Assembly (NCBI GenBank): GCA_015064125.1 | Contig: SVSV01000003.1 | Span: forward strand, 1-45,087 | Direction of reading: 5' to 3' | DNA length: 45,087 bases | Source of the DNA: Oscillospiraceae bacterium | GTDB taxonomy: Bacteria; Bacillota; Clostridia; Oscillospirales; CAG-272 | Part shown: positions 1 through 9,155 of the stretch, in pieces | How positions within the stretch are numbered: the first letter of the stretch is position 1 | How the letters are laid out: each line of letters begins with the position of its first letter | Translations under genes and position numbers: made by a program | The notes under the pieces: model-generated | What the model saw: only the letters and a program-made list of their open reading frames with translations | Database searches by the model: none | What the model was told of the DNA's origin: nothing

Positions 1-1
1 T

Positions 2-1525
2 GTAGCAGGCGTTTGCTGTGCGCGGGCCTCGGCGGGCTTCGCTAAGAATCTGCGCCACGATCTGTATGAAAAGATCGGTGCGTTTTCCTTTGAAAACGTT
101 GATAAATTCTCCACCTCCTCGCTGGTCACGCGTATGACCACCGACGTGCAAAACGTCCAGATGTCTTACATGATGATCATTCGTACCGCCATTCGTTCAC
201 CCTTGATGCTGATCTTTTCGGTGGTGATGTCGTTTGTGATGGGCGGGCCCCTTGCCATGACCTTTGTGGTCGTGATCCCCGTGCTTGCCTTTGGGCTTTT
301 CACCATTGGCCGCAAGGCTATGCCTGCGTTTCGCCGCGTGTTCCGCAAATACGACCGACTCAACGAGTCGATCGAGGAAAATGTGCGCGGCATGCGCGTG
401 GTAAAGGGCTTTTCGCGCGAGGAGCATGAAAAGGAAAAGTTCGGTGCGGCGGCTGATAACATTCGCGCTGATTTTACCTATGCTGAGCGCATCGTGGCTT
501 GGAACAGACCCGTGATGCAGATCTGCATGTATTTTAATATGATCTTTGTGCTGCTTGTCGGCTCCCGCATGGCCATTGACGGGCTGTGGGGCGTTGACGT
601 GGGGCAGATCTCCGCGATGCTCACCTACGGTATGCAGGTGCTGATGTCGCTGATGATGCTTTCTATGATCTACGTGATCCTGACGATCTCTACCGAGTCG
701 ATGAAGCGTATTTGCGAGGTGCTGGACGAGACGCCCACGCTGGCGGCCCCCGAAAAGCCTGTTATGTGTGTTAAAAACGGTGACATTGATTTTAACGGTG
801 TCAGCTTTAAATACTCTGCCGCAGCCAAGCGCAATTCGCTCTCGGACGTGGAGCTGCACATCAAGTCAGGCATGACGGTGGGCATTATCGGCGGTACGGG
901 GTCGGGAAAAACCTCTCTTGTGCAGCTGATCCCACGCCTTTACGACGTGAGCGAGGGCAGTGTTTGTGTCGGCGGTGTTGACGTGCGCTGCTACGACGTG
1001 CAGGTGCTGCGCGATGCTGTTGCGATGGTGCTGCAAAAAAATCTGCTCTTCTCGGGAACGATCAAGGAAAACCTGCGTTGGGGCAATCCGAGCGCGACCG
1101 ATGAGGAAATGATCACCGCTTGCCGTCTTGCGCAGGCGCACGACTTTGTGGCAAGCTTCCCCGATGGGTACGATACCTATATCGAGCAGGGCGGTACCAA
1201 CGTGTCGGGCGGTCAGAAGCAGCGTCTTTGCATTGCGAGAGCGCTTCTTAAAAAACCGAAGATCCTGATTCTTGACGATTCTACCAGCGCGGTCGATACC
1301 AAGACCGATGCGCTGATCCGCGCAGGGTTCAGTGATTTTATCCCCGAAACTACCAAGATCATTATCGCACAGCGTGTGGCGTCAGTAGAAGGGGCAGATC
1401 TCATTCTTGTGATGGAAAACGGCGCGGTCGTTGCCGCAGGCAGGCATGATGAGCTGCTTGCTTGCTGTGAGATCTATCGCGAGATCTACCGTCAGCAGAC
1501 CAAGGGGGGTGAGGATGTTGAGTAA
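2..1525 (+). CDS. ABC exporter permease/ATP-binding subunit (heterodimer subunit 1), 5'-truncated by window edge
   Basis: Frame is open from base 2 (VAGVCCARASAGFAKNLRHDLY...). TM helices are followed by Walker A GGTGSGKT, signature VSGGQKQR and degenerate Walker B ILDDS. Confidence 0.95.
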   Translation, partial: VAGVCCARASAGFAKNLRHDLYEKIGAFSFENVDKFSTSSLVTRMTTDVQNVQMSYMMIIRTAIRSPLMLIFSVVMSFVMGGPLAMTFVVVIPVLAFGLFTIGRKAMPAFRRVFRKYDRLNESIEENVRGMRVVKGFSREEHEKEKFGAAADNIRADFTYAERIVAWNRPVMQICMYFNMIFVLLVGSRMAIDGLWGVDVGQISAMLTYGMQVLMSLMMLSMIYVILTISTESMKRICEVLDETPTLAAPEKPVMCVKNGDIDFNGVSFKYSAAAKRNSLSDVELHIKSGMTVGIIGGTGSGKTSLVQLIPRLYDVSEGSVCVGGVDVRCYDVQVLRDAVAMVLQKNLLFSGTIKENLRWGNPSATDEEMITACRLAQAHDFVASFPDGYDTYIEQGGTNVSGGQKQRLCIARALLKKPKILILDDSTSAVDTKTDALIRAGFSDFIPETTKIIIAQRVASVEGADLILVMENGAVVAAGRHDELLACCEIYREIYRQQTKGGEDVE

Positions 1526-3458
1526 GAAAACCGAAATGCCAAAGCGCCCCGGGGCAAATCCCCGTGTGCTTGGGCGTGTGCTGAGGCTGCTGTTTGGCTA
1601 CTACCCCGTATTGGTGCCCTTGGCGATCGTTTGTATTCTTGTTTCGGCCGTTACGGCCGCCCTGCCTGCAATTTTTATGCAGCAGGTCATCGCCGCCATT
1701 GAATCGGCACAGCAGGTGGGTCTGACGTGGCGCGCCGCTGCTGATGAGATCGTTCCTAAGGTCATTTTGCTTGGCGTATTCTACGTGATCTCCCTTTGTG
1801 CCATTATTCTGCAAACGCAGCTGATGGCGGTCATCACGCAGGGCTTTTTGTATAAGCTGCGTCGTACGATGTTTGATAAGATGCAAGACCTGCCCATTCG
1901 CTATTTTGACACCCACAAGCACGGCGACATTATGAGCCATTACACCAACGATATCGACGCATTGCGCGAGCTGGTGTCGCAGGCATTGCCCGCGCTCCTA
2001 AACTCGGTCGTCATTCTTGTGTCCGTGCTGTTCGTGATGCTTTATTACAGCCTTTGGATGACGCTGGTGCTGCTTGTCGGCGTGGTGGCAATGGTGCTGG
2101 TATCCAAAAAGATCGGCGGCGGCTCGGCAAAATATTTCATGCGCCAGCAGCGCACCGTGGGGCGCGCCGAGGGCTTTGTGCAGGAGATGATGAACGGCCA
2201 GAAGGTGATCAAGGTCTTTAACCATGAAAGGGCCTCTGCCGAGGATTTTGAAAAGATCAACCACGCGCTTTTTGAGGATAGCGCACGCGCTCACGCGTAT
2301 GCCAACACCTTAGGGCCGATCATCGGCAATATCGGTAATATTCTCTACGTGCTTATGGCAGTCGCGGGGGGTGTGTTTTTGCTCCTGAAGCTTCCAAACC
2401 TCGGTCTTTCGATGCTCGCATCGGGCGGTGGCTTTGCTGTGTTCAGCATCAGCATTATCGTGCCGTTCCTCGGTATGGCGAAGCAGTTTACCGCCAACGT
2501 GAACCAGGCCTCTCAGCAGATCAATGCCGTAGTAATGGGTATGGCCGGTGGCTCGCGCCTGTTTGAAATGATGGACGAGGCGCCCGAGGCCGATGACGGG
2601 TACGTGACGCTGGTGAACGCCGTGGTGGATGAAAGCGGCAACGTGTCGGAAAGCACCGCGCGCACGGGCAAGTGGGCGTGGCGTCATCCCCACGCGGCAG
2701 ACGGTACGGTCACTTATACGCTGCTGCAGGGCGACGTGCGCCTTACGGAGGTGGATTTTGCCTATGAGGAGGGCAAGCCCGTTTTGCATGACGTGAGCGT
2801 TTATGCCGAGCCCGGGCAAAAGGTGGCCTTTGTTGGCGCCACGGGTGCGGGAAAAACCACCATTACCAACCTGATCAATCGCTTTTACGATATCGCTGAC
2901 GGTAAGATCCGCTATGACGGCATCAACATCAATAAGATCCGCAAATCCGATCTGCGCCGCTCTCTTGGTATCGTTTTGCAGGAGACCAACCTCTTTACCG
3001 GCACCGTGATGGAAAATATCCGCTACGGTCGCCTTGATGCTACCGACGAGGCGTGCCGTGAGGCAGCAAGGCTGGTGGGCGCTGACGATTTTATTTCACG
3101 CTTGCCGCAGGGGTACGATACCGAGCTTTCGGGCAACGGAGCCAACCTTTCGCAGGGACAGCGTCAGATGATCGCCATTGCGCGTGCCGCAGTGGCTGAC
3201 CCGCCCGTCATGATCCTTGATGAGGCGACCTCCTCGATCGACACCCGTACGGAGGCGATCGTGCAGCGCGGCATGGATAAGCTGATGGAGGGCAGGACCG
3301 TATTTGTGATCGCACACCGCCTGTCAACCGTTATGAATTCCGACGTCATTATGGTGCTTGACCATGGCCGTATCATCGAGCGTGGCAATCACGATAAGCT
3401 GATCGCCGAAAAGGGCGTTTACTATCAGCTTTATACAGGCGCATTTGAGCTTGAATAA
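1515..3458 (+). CDS. ABC exporter permease/ATP-binding subunit (heterodimer subunit 2)
   Basis: TMD plus Walker A GATGAGKT, LSQGQRQ, ILDEATS and IAHRLST. Overlaps the upstream stop; start is 1515 ATG or 1518 TTG after a GGGGTGAGG RBS. Confidence 0.95.
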   Translation: MLSKKTEMPKRPGANPRVLGRVLRLLFGYYPVLVPLAIVCILVSAVTAALPAIFMQQVIAAIESAQQVGLTWRAAADEIVPKVILLGVFYVISLCAIILQTQLMAVITQGFLYKLRRTMFDKMQDLPIRYFDTHKHGDIMSHYTNDIDALRELVSQALPALLNSVVILVSVLFVMLYYSLWMTLVLLVGVVAMVLVSKKIGGGSAKYFMRQQRTVGRAEGFVQEMMNGQKVIKVFNHERASAEDFEKINHALFEDSARAHAYANTLGPIIGNIGNILYVLMAVAGGVFLLLKLPNLGLSMLASGGGFAVFSISIIVPFLGMAKQFTANVNQASQQINAVVMGMAGGSRLFEMMDEAPEADDGYVTLVNAVVDESGNVSESTARTGKWAWRHPHAADGTVTYTLLQGDVRLTEVDFAYEEGKPVLHDVSVYAEPGQKVAFVGATGAGKTTITNLINRFYDIADGKIRYDGININKIRKSDLRRSLGIVLQETNLFTGTVMENIRYGRLDATDEACREAARLVGADDFISRLPQGYDTELSGNGANLSQGQRQMIAIARAAVADPPVMILDEATSSIDTRTEAIVQRGMDKLMEGRTVFVIAHRLSTVMNSDVIMVLDHGRIIERGNHDKLIAEKGVYYQLYTGAFELE

Positions 3459-3462
3459 GATA

Positions 3463-3490
3463 AAAAGGCCGCGGTACGCCGCGGCCTTTT
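3463..3490 (+). terminator. Rho-independent terminator after ABC operon
   Basis: AAAAGGCCGCGG-TACG-CCGCGGCCTTTT perfect hairpin. Confidence 0.85.
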
Positions 3491-3513
3491 GTATGAAAAA
3501 ATCGCACATTCTC

Positions 3514-3541
3514 TTGCATTATGTCAAAATTATGCTATAAT
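3514..3541 (+). promoter_or_regulatory. sigmaA-type promoter for TIR-V4R operon
   Basis: TTGCAT-16 nt-TATAAT with TG extended -10. Confidence 0.7.
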
Positions 3542-3597
3542 AAGATTAATAAGCAGTTATTACACTGTGACTGCCGATGGAAGGAATGGGAAAGACT

Positions 3598-4602
3598 ATG
3601 AATAAGGACGTATTCGTCAGCTATACGACACCCGACCGCCGCGTGGCGGAGGATATTGTTGCTTTTCTTGAAAAGCAGGGCGTGGATTGCTTTATTGCAC
3701 CGCGTGACGTTGACCCCGGGCAGGCCTATGCCGCCAATCTCATGCAGGCCATCAACAATTGCCGTGTGATCATTTTGGTGGCGTCTGACGCAATGAATCG
3801 CTCCAACCACGTGCTCAACGAGATCGAGGCGATCATCAACAAGCAAAAGCCGTTGGTGCCGTTCTTTATCGAGGATTTCCAGATGAACGATGAGTTTTGC
3901 TATTATCTGAGCAGGACCCAGCGCATTGTGGCATATCCCGACCCCGTTTCCTCGTATTATCATAAGCTTTTAAACGCCATTATGCCGATGCTTCCGCAAA
4001 GACAGGCGCCCGCCCCCGCACCTCAGCCCGTGCAGGCGACACCCGTTAATCAAAGCACCACTACGGTGTTTGAATACATCCCCTCGCGCGGTATTATGAT
4101 CAATCCCGAGGATCATCAGCGCAACGTCAGCTTCCGCACGGATACCTTTATCAATATGTTTGGCGGTATCTTTGATAACGTGGTGTCGCTGGCAGGTCTT
4201 GATCGGGCGTGCAGCATCTTCCACGAGTCGGGCTATCATTGTGGGCAGAACTTTGCCCAGCGCCTGAATTCCAGCTGGGAGTTTGGCGAAAACGGTAATG
4301 TCACCATCGAAAGCAAGCTGCAAAAATGGTGTGAGTTTGACTCTCAGGTCGGCTGGGGTAAGTTTGACGTTAACGTTGAGGTGAATGAAGAAACCGGCGA
4401 CTTTAAGGGAGAGCTTACGATCAACGAGTCCTTTATCGTTGACCGCAAGGAGCGCAAGCAGATCTGCGAGTTTGTGCGCGGCTACTGTGAGGGTGTGATC
4501 GAGACCCTGCTTTGCGTGAAGGTGCACCTTGAATGCCTTGAGTGCCCCATGAAAAACCGCTTTAAATCGGTTTGCAGGTTCCGCATTGAATTGGAGGATT
4601 GA
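3598..4602 (+). CDS. TIR domain (TIR_2-like) fused through a Pro/Gln linker to a C-terminal V4R-like ligand-binding domain
   Basis: N-term DVFVSY...DCFIAPRDVDPGQAY...SNHVLNEIE is a TIR signature with the Glu at the catalytic position. C-term GYHCGQNF...GWGKF...ICEFVRGYCEG...ECLEC...VCRF matches the V4R pattern. Alternative start at 3577. Confidence 0.8.
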   Translation: MNKDVFVSYTTPDRRVAEDIVAFLEKQGVDCFIAPRDVDPGQAYAANLMQAINNCRVIILVASDAMNRSNHVLNEIEAIINKQKPLVPFFIEDFQMNDEFCYYLSRTQRIVAYPDPVSSYYHKLLNAIMPMLPQRQAPAPAPQPVQATPVNQSTTTVFEYIPSRGIMINPEDHQRNVSFRTDTFINMFGGIFDNVVSLAGLDRACSIFHESGYHCGQNFAQRLNSSWEFGENGNVTIESKLQKWCEFDSQVGWGKFDVNVEVNEETGDFKGELTINESFIVDRKERKQICEFVRGYCEGVIETLLCVKVHLECLECPMKNRFKSVCRFRIELED

Positions 4603-4607
4603 ACTTC

Positions 4608-5615
4608 GTGAAGGTTTTGTTTGTATTTACCGGGGGCACCATCGGCAGCACCGTGCAGGGGGATTTTATCGGCACCGACCGAAAAAAGCCTTATTTGCTG
4701 CTGGAAAGCTATCGCCGCACCTACGGTATTGATTTTGAATACGACACGGCTTCCCCCTATACCAATTTAAGTGAAAACAACACGGGTAGCACGTTGTGCA
4801 GGCTGATGGATAGTGTATGCGAGTCTGCCAAGGGAGATTACGACGGTATTATCGTCACACACGGCACTGATACCATGCAGTATTCTGCCGCGGCTCTCTC
4901 TTATGCACTTGCCGACGTAAGGATCCCCGTGCTGCTTGTCAGCAGTAATCAGCCCATTGAGCACCCGCTTGCCAACGGTCTTGTTAATCTGCGTGGGGCC
5001 TTACGCTTTATTGCCGAGGTTGGCACTCCAGGGGTGTTTGTCGCCTACCAAAACGAGGGCGAGCCTGTGACGGTGCACCGTGGCACGCGCCTTTGCGAGA
5101 GCCTTGCCTTCACCGATGCGGTCTATAGTATCTATCATAGCTTTTACGGCACCTTTGAGGAGGGAAAGCCCTTTCTTAAAAATCCCGCTTATCGGGAGCT
5201 CGCAAATGAGATGCCTGCCATCGGTGTGCAAGCGCTGGGCGAGGACTGCAAGCAGATCCTGCGTGTGGCGCCTTATCCCGGTAACCCTTATCGTGCGCTG
5301 ACACCCGACGTGCGCTATATCCTGCATACCTCCTATCATTCGGGCACGGTGAATACTGAAGGTGAGCAGGTAAGGGCCTATTTTGCTGCAGCAAAGAAGG
5401 CCGCGATCACAACGTTTTTGACGGGTGTGACACCCGGTGCTGCCTATGATAGCACGCGCCTGTTTGAGGAATTGGGGATCGTGCCGCTTTATAATATCGC
5501 ACCCATTGCCGCGTTTATCAAGCTGTGGCTGTTAACGGTGAAGTATCCCGACACGTCGATCACGTGTGATATGATGCAGCGATCACTTGCCGCCGACGTG
5601 GTGCCACAGGCATAA
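4608..5615 (+). CDS. Asparaginase/glutaminase-fold amidohydrolase (type I/GatD-like, divergent)
   Basis: Motifs TGGTIGS and HGTDTM. GTG start 10 nt after GGAGG, which lies inside the end of the TIR gene; the TTG at 4599 is an alternative start. Confidence 0.85.
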   Translation: MKVLFVFTGGTIGSTVQGDFIGTDRKKPYLLLESYRRTYGIDFEYDTASPYTNLSENNTGSTLCRLMDSVCESAKGDYDGIIVTHGTDTMQYSAAALSYALADVRIPVLLVSSNQPIEHPLANGLVNLRGALRFIAEVGTPGVFVAYQNEGEPVTVHRGTRLCESLAFTDAVYSIYHSFYGTFEEGKPFLKNPAYRELANEMPAIGVQALGEDCKQILRVAPYPGNPYRALTPDVRYILHTSYHSGTVNTEGEQVRAYFAAAKKAAITTFLTGVTPGAAYDSTRLFEELGIVPLYNIAPIAAFIKLWLLTVKYPDTSITCDMMQRSLAADVVPQA

Positions 5616-5677
5616 AAATGCCGACGCTCAGCTGATGCTCTTAAATGGAGCAGTTACGCTAAGCGTCGGCATTTTTT
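5614..5677. terminator. Bidirectional terminator between the asparaginase-like gene and azlD
   Basis: AAAAATGCCGACGCT...AGCGTCGGCATTTTTT inverted repeat between convergent genes. Confidence 0.75.
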
Positions 5678-5681
5678 GCTC

Positions 5682-5990
5682 TTAAAAGGGGATGAGCTCC
5701 ACGAGAAATACCGTCAGGCACGCAAAGGCGGCTACGGTGGGGAGCTTGCAGCCGCGTAGCCCCAGCACCGTGGCAACGGCAAGGGCAGCAAGGCCTGACC
5801 ACATGACAGCTGTGGCACTGAGAATGGCGGGGAAGGTCATTACCGTTAAGGTAACGTAGGGCACGTAGTGCAAAAACGAGCGTACGGTCTTGTTTTTGAT
5901 CTCGCGGCGGATCAGGACCAGGGGCAGTACACGAATGAGATACGTGACTGCGGCCATGACGAGGATCGCCAGTAAAATATTAGTTACCAT
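5682..5990 (-). CDS. azlD: AzlD-family branched-chain amino acid exporter small subunit
   Basis: VTYLIRVLP and FLHYVPY motifs; hydrophobic 102 aa; overlaps azlC. Confidence 0.88.
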   Translation of the reverse strand: MVTNILLAILVMAAVTYLIRVLPLVLIRREIKNKTVRSFLHYVPYVTLTVMTFPAILSATAVMWSGLAALAVATVLGLRGCKLPTVAAFACLTVFLVELIPF

Positions 5991-6720
5991 CAGCGTTCAC
6001 CTCATCTTTCTCGGCTTCCTTTAAGGGGAATAGAAGCGCCGCGCCAAGGGAAATGACAACGGTCAGGACGATAATGCGAAAGCCCTCGGTAAAGAAGGTC
6101 AGTGAAAATGCGGTGCAGATCCACGAGAGGGCAGCGCTTGCCATAGCGGAAATCGCAACAAGACCTGCAATGACGCGACTTTTTCGCGCAGGCGGCAGAA
6201 TGATGGCAAGGAACATGGCGTAGAGCGCTACTCCTAAGGCGCTGACAGCGCGCGCGGGCAATACGTTGCCCATTACCGCACCAAGCAGAGTGCCGAGGGT
6301 CCAGCCGGGTACAGCCACGGTAATGGCACCGTAGCTGTAATAGGGGGATAAGGGGCCCTCGGTTGCAGCACTGATGCCAAAGATCTCGTCAGTCACGCCG
6401 TAGCCAACGGCAAGGCGGTGCAGCAGTCCTGTCCTTGGGGAAAGCTTTTGAGAGAGCGCGCAGGACATCAGCAAATAGCGGATATTGATGACGAGCTGTG
6501 TCAGTGCCAGCTCAACGTAGGTGGTGCCGACGCCCAAAAGGGCAATGCCTGCGGCCTCACCCGCAGAGGTGACGTTTAAGAGCGAGAGCAGGGCGGATTG
6601 CCAGGGTGTGAGCCCCGCAGCCGTTGCCTTGATGCCAAGGGCAAATGCCACGGCAAAATAGCCGATGGCGATCGGCATGCCGTCACGCATGCCGCGCCCA
6701 AACCATAATTTTCGTGTCAT
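5980..6720 (-). CDS. azlC: AzlC-family branched-chain amino acid exporter permease
   Basis: GMRDGMPIAIGYF, INIRYLLMS and GVTDEIF motifs. Confidence 0.92.
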   Translation of the reverse strand: MTRKLWFGRGMRDGMPIAIGYFAVAFALGIKATAAGLTPWQSALLSLLNVTSAGEAAGIALLGVGTTYVELALTQLVINIRYLLMSCALSQKLSPRTGLLHRLAVGYGVTDEIFGISAATEGPLSPYYSYGAITVAVPGWTLGTLLGAVMGNVLPARAVSALGVALYAMFLAIILPPARKSRVIAGLVAISAMASAALSWICTAFSLTFFTEGFRIIVLTVVISLGAALLFPLKEAEKDEVNADGN

Positions 6721-6778
6721 GGGAGGAGCCTTTCTTTATAGTCGTCTAAAAGCCTGACGAGTAGAATAACCGTTGTTT

Positions 6779-6807
6779 ATTGTACCGCTTTTTGGGGGAT
6801 AAGTCAA
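6779..6807 (-). promoter_or_regulatory. sigmaA promoter of azlCD
   Basis: Minus strand TTGACT-17 nt-TACAAT. Confidence 0.65.
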
Positions 6808-6855
6808 GCCCTTTTATAAAAGAACCGCGCGGCAGTTGCCGCGCGGCCTCAGGGG

Positions 6856-8427
6856 TTATGGGGTGATAAAGTTACTGTGGGGAAGGATCAGCTTGCCATT
6901 GTGGCAGATGTATTCCGTGACCCTTGCCGTGATACTGCCGTTTTGCAGGGTGATGGTGCCAAGCAGCTCCTCGGTGATCGGGGTGCCGTCATTGAGGGTG
7001 ATCACCAACGCCGCCCCGCCCCAGTATTCAATGTCGGCAATGGCTTTCCATATTTCATCAGTTTCGTCATTCCAGGCGGAATTTTTGAATTGCACGGTGT
7101 ACTCGCTGAAATATGCCTTATACTCATCAGGCAGCTTCTTCTTGCTTGGTGTGCCCGAGTCAAACAGGAGCAGGAGCGGTACTGTAGCAAGGTCGTTCAG
7201 GCAGGCCTGCTCATTAGCCGTATAGGGTGAGAACCGATCGCCTGCGGCGTAAGGGTGCGTGTCGGTTTGTGTGTCACTGAGATCGTTCTTGGCGTTGTCA
7301 GCCATCTGCTGCACGGAAAGCAAGGGGCGCTCGCCCTCGTGCATCGCGTAAACATAGATGTAGCTTTGATCGGGATAGGTGATCTTCAGGTAGCCCACTG
7401 CGGAGTGCTTCTGTAAGCGCGCGTACGGCTTGATATTGTTTAGTATTCCTTTAAAATAGAGCTTGCCCTCCTCCTGCCGACACCAGTCCTGGGCGGGGAT
7501 ATCTGTGGGCGTGCAGCCGGCTGCGATCAGCGCTGCGTGCGTGAGGATCCCGTCAGTCTGCTCAAGCTCCTCTGCCGTGGCAAACAGGGTGCCGCGATCA
7601 AGGGTAAGGATCTGCGGGAACAGTGCCTGCCATTTATCGGCGGGAATGGAGGTGATGACGTGAATGGCGCCCGTTTCAGGGTCCAGCATAAAATTCGTGT
7701 CGGTGATAAGGGAAAGCGTGCTTTGCATGGGGGTAAAGCTGAGCAGAGAAGCATTTGGCGCCCGATCGTTTTCATAGGCGGCGTAAGCATAACGCGTCGT
7801 GCCGTCTGAGTAGGTGATCTTAGCATAGCCCACGGCAGTGTATTTGGTGGTAAGGTGCTGCACCTCCGTTAAGGCAAGAGCCCCGCTGAAGGTATGCGCC
7901 TCGCTTTCAAAGGCGGCGGCAACGTCGGCGGCAGTCTTTTCGTTTGCAGCGAGCGCATCGTGTGTGAGCACGCCGTCAAGGACTGCAATGTCGGCAACGG
8001 GTAAGATCAACGTACCGCATGCGGCGGTGCTGTCAAGCGCTTGCAGGCTTTCCCACTCTGTTTGATGGAACGAGGTGGTGAAAACAAGACTTGTGGTGTC
8101 CGTGTCGACTGCTGCATCGGTCCTTGTGGTCAAATGCAGGTAGACCGGCGCAAAGGTCAGGTCCTCCTCAGCCTTGTATTGATACGTAGCGCCGATCGGC
8201 AAAAAAACGGTACCGTTTTCCGTGGTGGCTTGCCAGCCTACACAAAAGGCTGCATGCATGCCTGCGGGGGCGGGTAACGTTAAGGAGCCTGCTTCTTTGG
8301 TGCTTTGACGAAGGGTCAATATACCGCTTTCGGCAAAGGTGATGCAGGGCCCGTCCTCGATAAAGCTGCATGCGACCGCGCTCAGGCAAAGCAACAGCAC
8401 AAGCAAAAAAAGAGCAACACTTTTCAT
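6856..8427 (-). CDS. Hypothetical lipoprotein with an internally duplicated domain of about 130 aa
   Basis: Signal peptide with lipobox AVAC. Two similar segments end in YTAVGYAKITYSDG and HSAVGYLKITYPDQ. Promoter TTGACT-16-TATAAT at 8474-8501; GC hairpin near 6826-6847 downstream. Confidence 0.75.
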   Translation of the reverse strand: MKSVALFLLVLLLCLSAVACSFIEDGPCITFAESGILTLRQSTKEAGSLTLPAPAGMHAAFCVGWQATTENGTVFLPIGATYQYKAEEDLTFAPVYLHLTTRTDAAVDTDTTSLVFTTSFHQTEWESLQALDSTAACGTLILPVADIAVLDGVLTHDALAANEKTAADVAAAFESEAHTFSGALALTEVQHLTTKYTAVGYAKITYSDGTTRYAYAAYENDRAPNASLLSFTPMQSTLSLITDTNFMLDPETGAIHVITSIPADKWQALFPQILTLDRGTLFATAEELEQTDGILTHAALIAAGCTPTDIPAQDWCRQEEGKLYFKGILNNIKPYARLQKHSAVGYLKITYPDQSYIYVYAMHEGERPLLSVQQMADNAKNDLSDTQTDTHPYAAGDRFSPYTANEQACLNDLATVPLLLLFDSGTPSKKKLPDEYKAYFSEYTVQFKNSAWNDETDEIWKAIADIEYWGGAALVITLNDGTPITEELLGTITLQNGSITARVTEYICHNGKLILPHSNFITP

Positions 8428-8559
8428 AAAAAAATACTCCCTTTTTAAAATGGGGGCAGGGTATCTATATTTTATTATATCAGATATTAATGAAAAGTCA
8501 AGGGCTGTTAAAAATCAAAAAACGCAACCCCGTATCCGAGATTGCGTTTTTTATGATAA

Positions 8560-8979
8560 TTATTTAGCAGCCTTGATCGCAGCCTTGGTGCCAAAGTAAA
8601 CGATCGACCCGGAGCGAGTGGGCTCTACCCAGCTCTCCTTGGTTTCTTCCTTCTTTTCCTTGGCGTTCTTCTCTACCTCTTCCAAAGCCTTCTTGGCGTT
8701 ATCCTTATCGGCAAAGTAGTAAATAACAACGATGTCAGTTACCTTGTTGCCGTCCTCGTTTGTGGAGACCTTGGTGGCGGTTACAACGTTTTTGAGGTCG
8801 TAGCCCAGAGCCTTGAATGCGATCGGAACAGCGATATCGTCGTTGATAACAAGGTACTCAGCCTCCTTGAGGGCAGTCACTGCATCGGCGGGGTCCTTGG
8901 CAGGTGCGCAGGCAACCAGCGCTGTGCACAGCATCAGGGCAACAAGTACGAGCGACAAAGTGCGAGCGAACATTTTCAT
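8560..8979 (-). CDS. Small hypothetical lipoprotein
   Basis: MKMFARTLSLVLVALMLCTALVAC lipobox; GGAGG RBS; promoter TTGTTT-17-TATAAT at 9035-9063; terminator hairpin near 8517-8552. Confidence 0.8.
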   Translation of the reverse strand: MKMFARTLSLVLVALMLCTALVACAPAKDPADAVTALKEAEYLVINDDIAVPIAFKALGYDLKNVVTATKVSTNEDGNKVTDIVVIYYFADKDNAKKALEEVEKNAKEKKEETKESWVEPTRSGSIVYFGTKAAIKAAK

Positions 8980-9103
8980 AGTGATCATCCTCCATAAGAT
9001 CAAATATTGGCGCGGCTTTGCCGCGCGTGTTTCTATTATATCATGCATTTTCGTTGAAAACAAGTCTTTTTTGCTTTTCTCTTGGCCTTTTTTTAATATA
9101 ACG

Positions 9104-9137
9104 CAAAAAAGGCCTCTGCTTTGGCAGAGGCCTTTTT
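9104..9137 (-). terminator. Rho-independent terminator
   Basis: AAAAAAGGCCTCTGC-TTTG-GCAGAGGCCTTTT. Confidence 0.8.
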
Positions 9138-9155
9138 CAGTAAGAGGGTCTTAAA

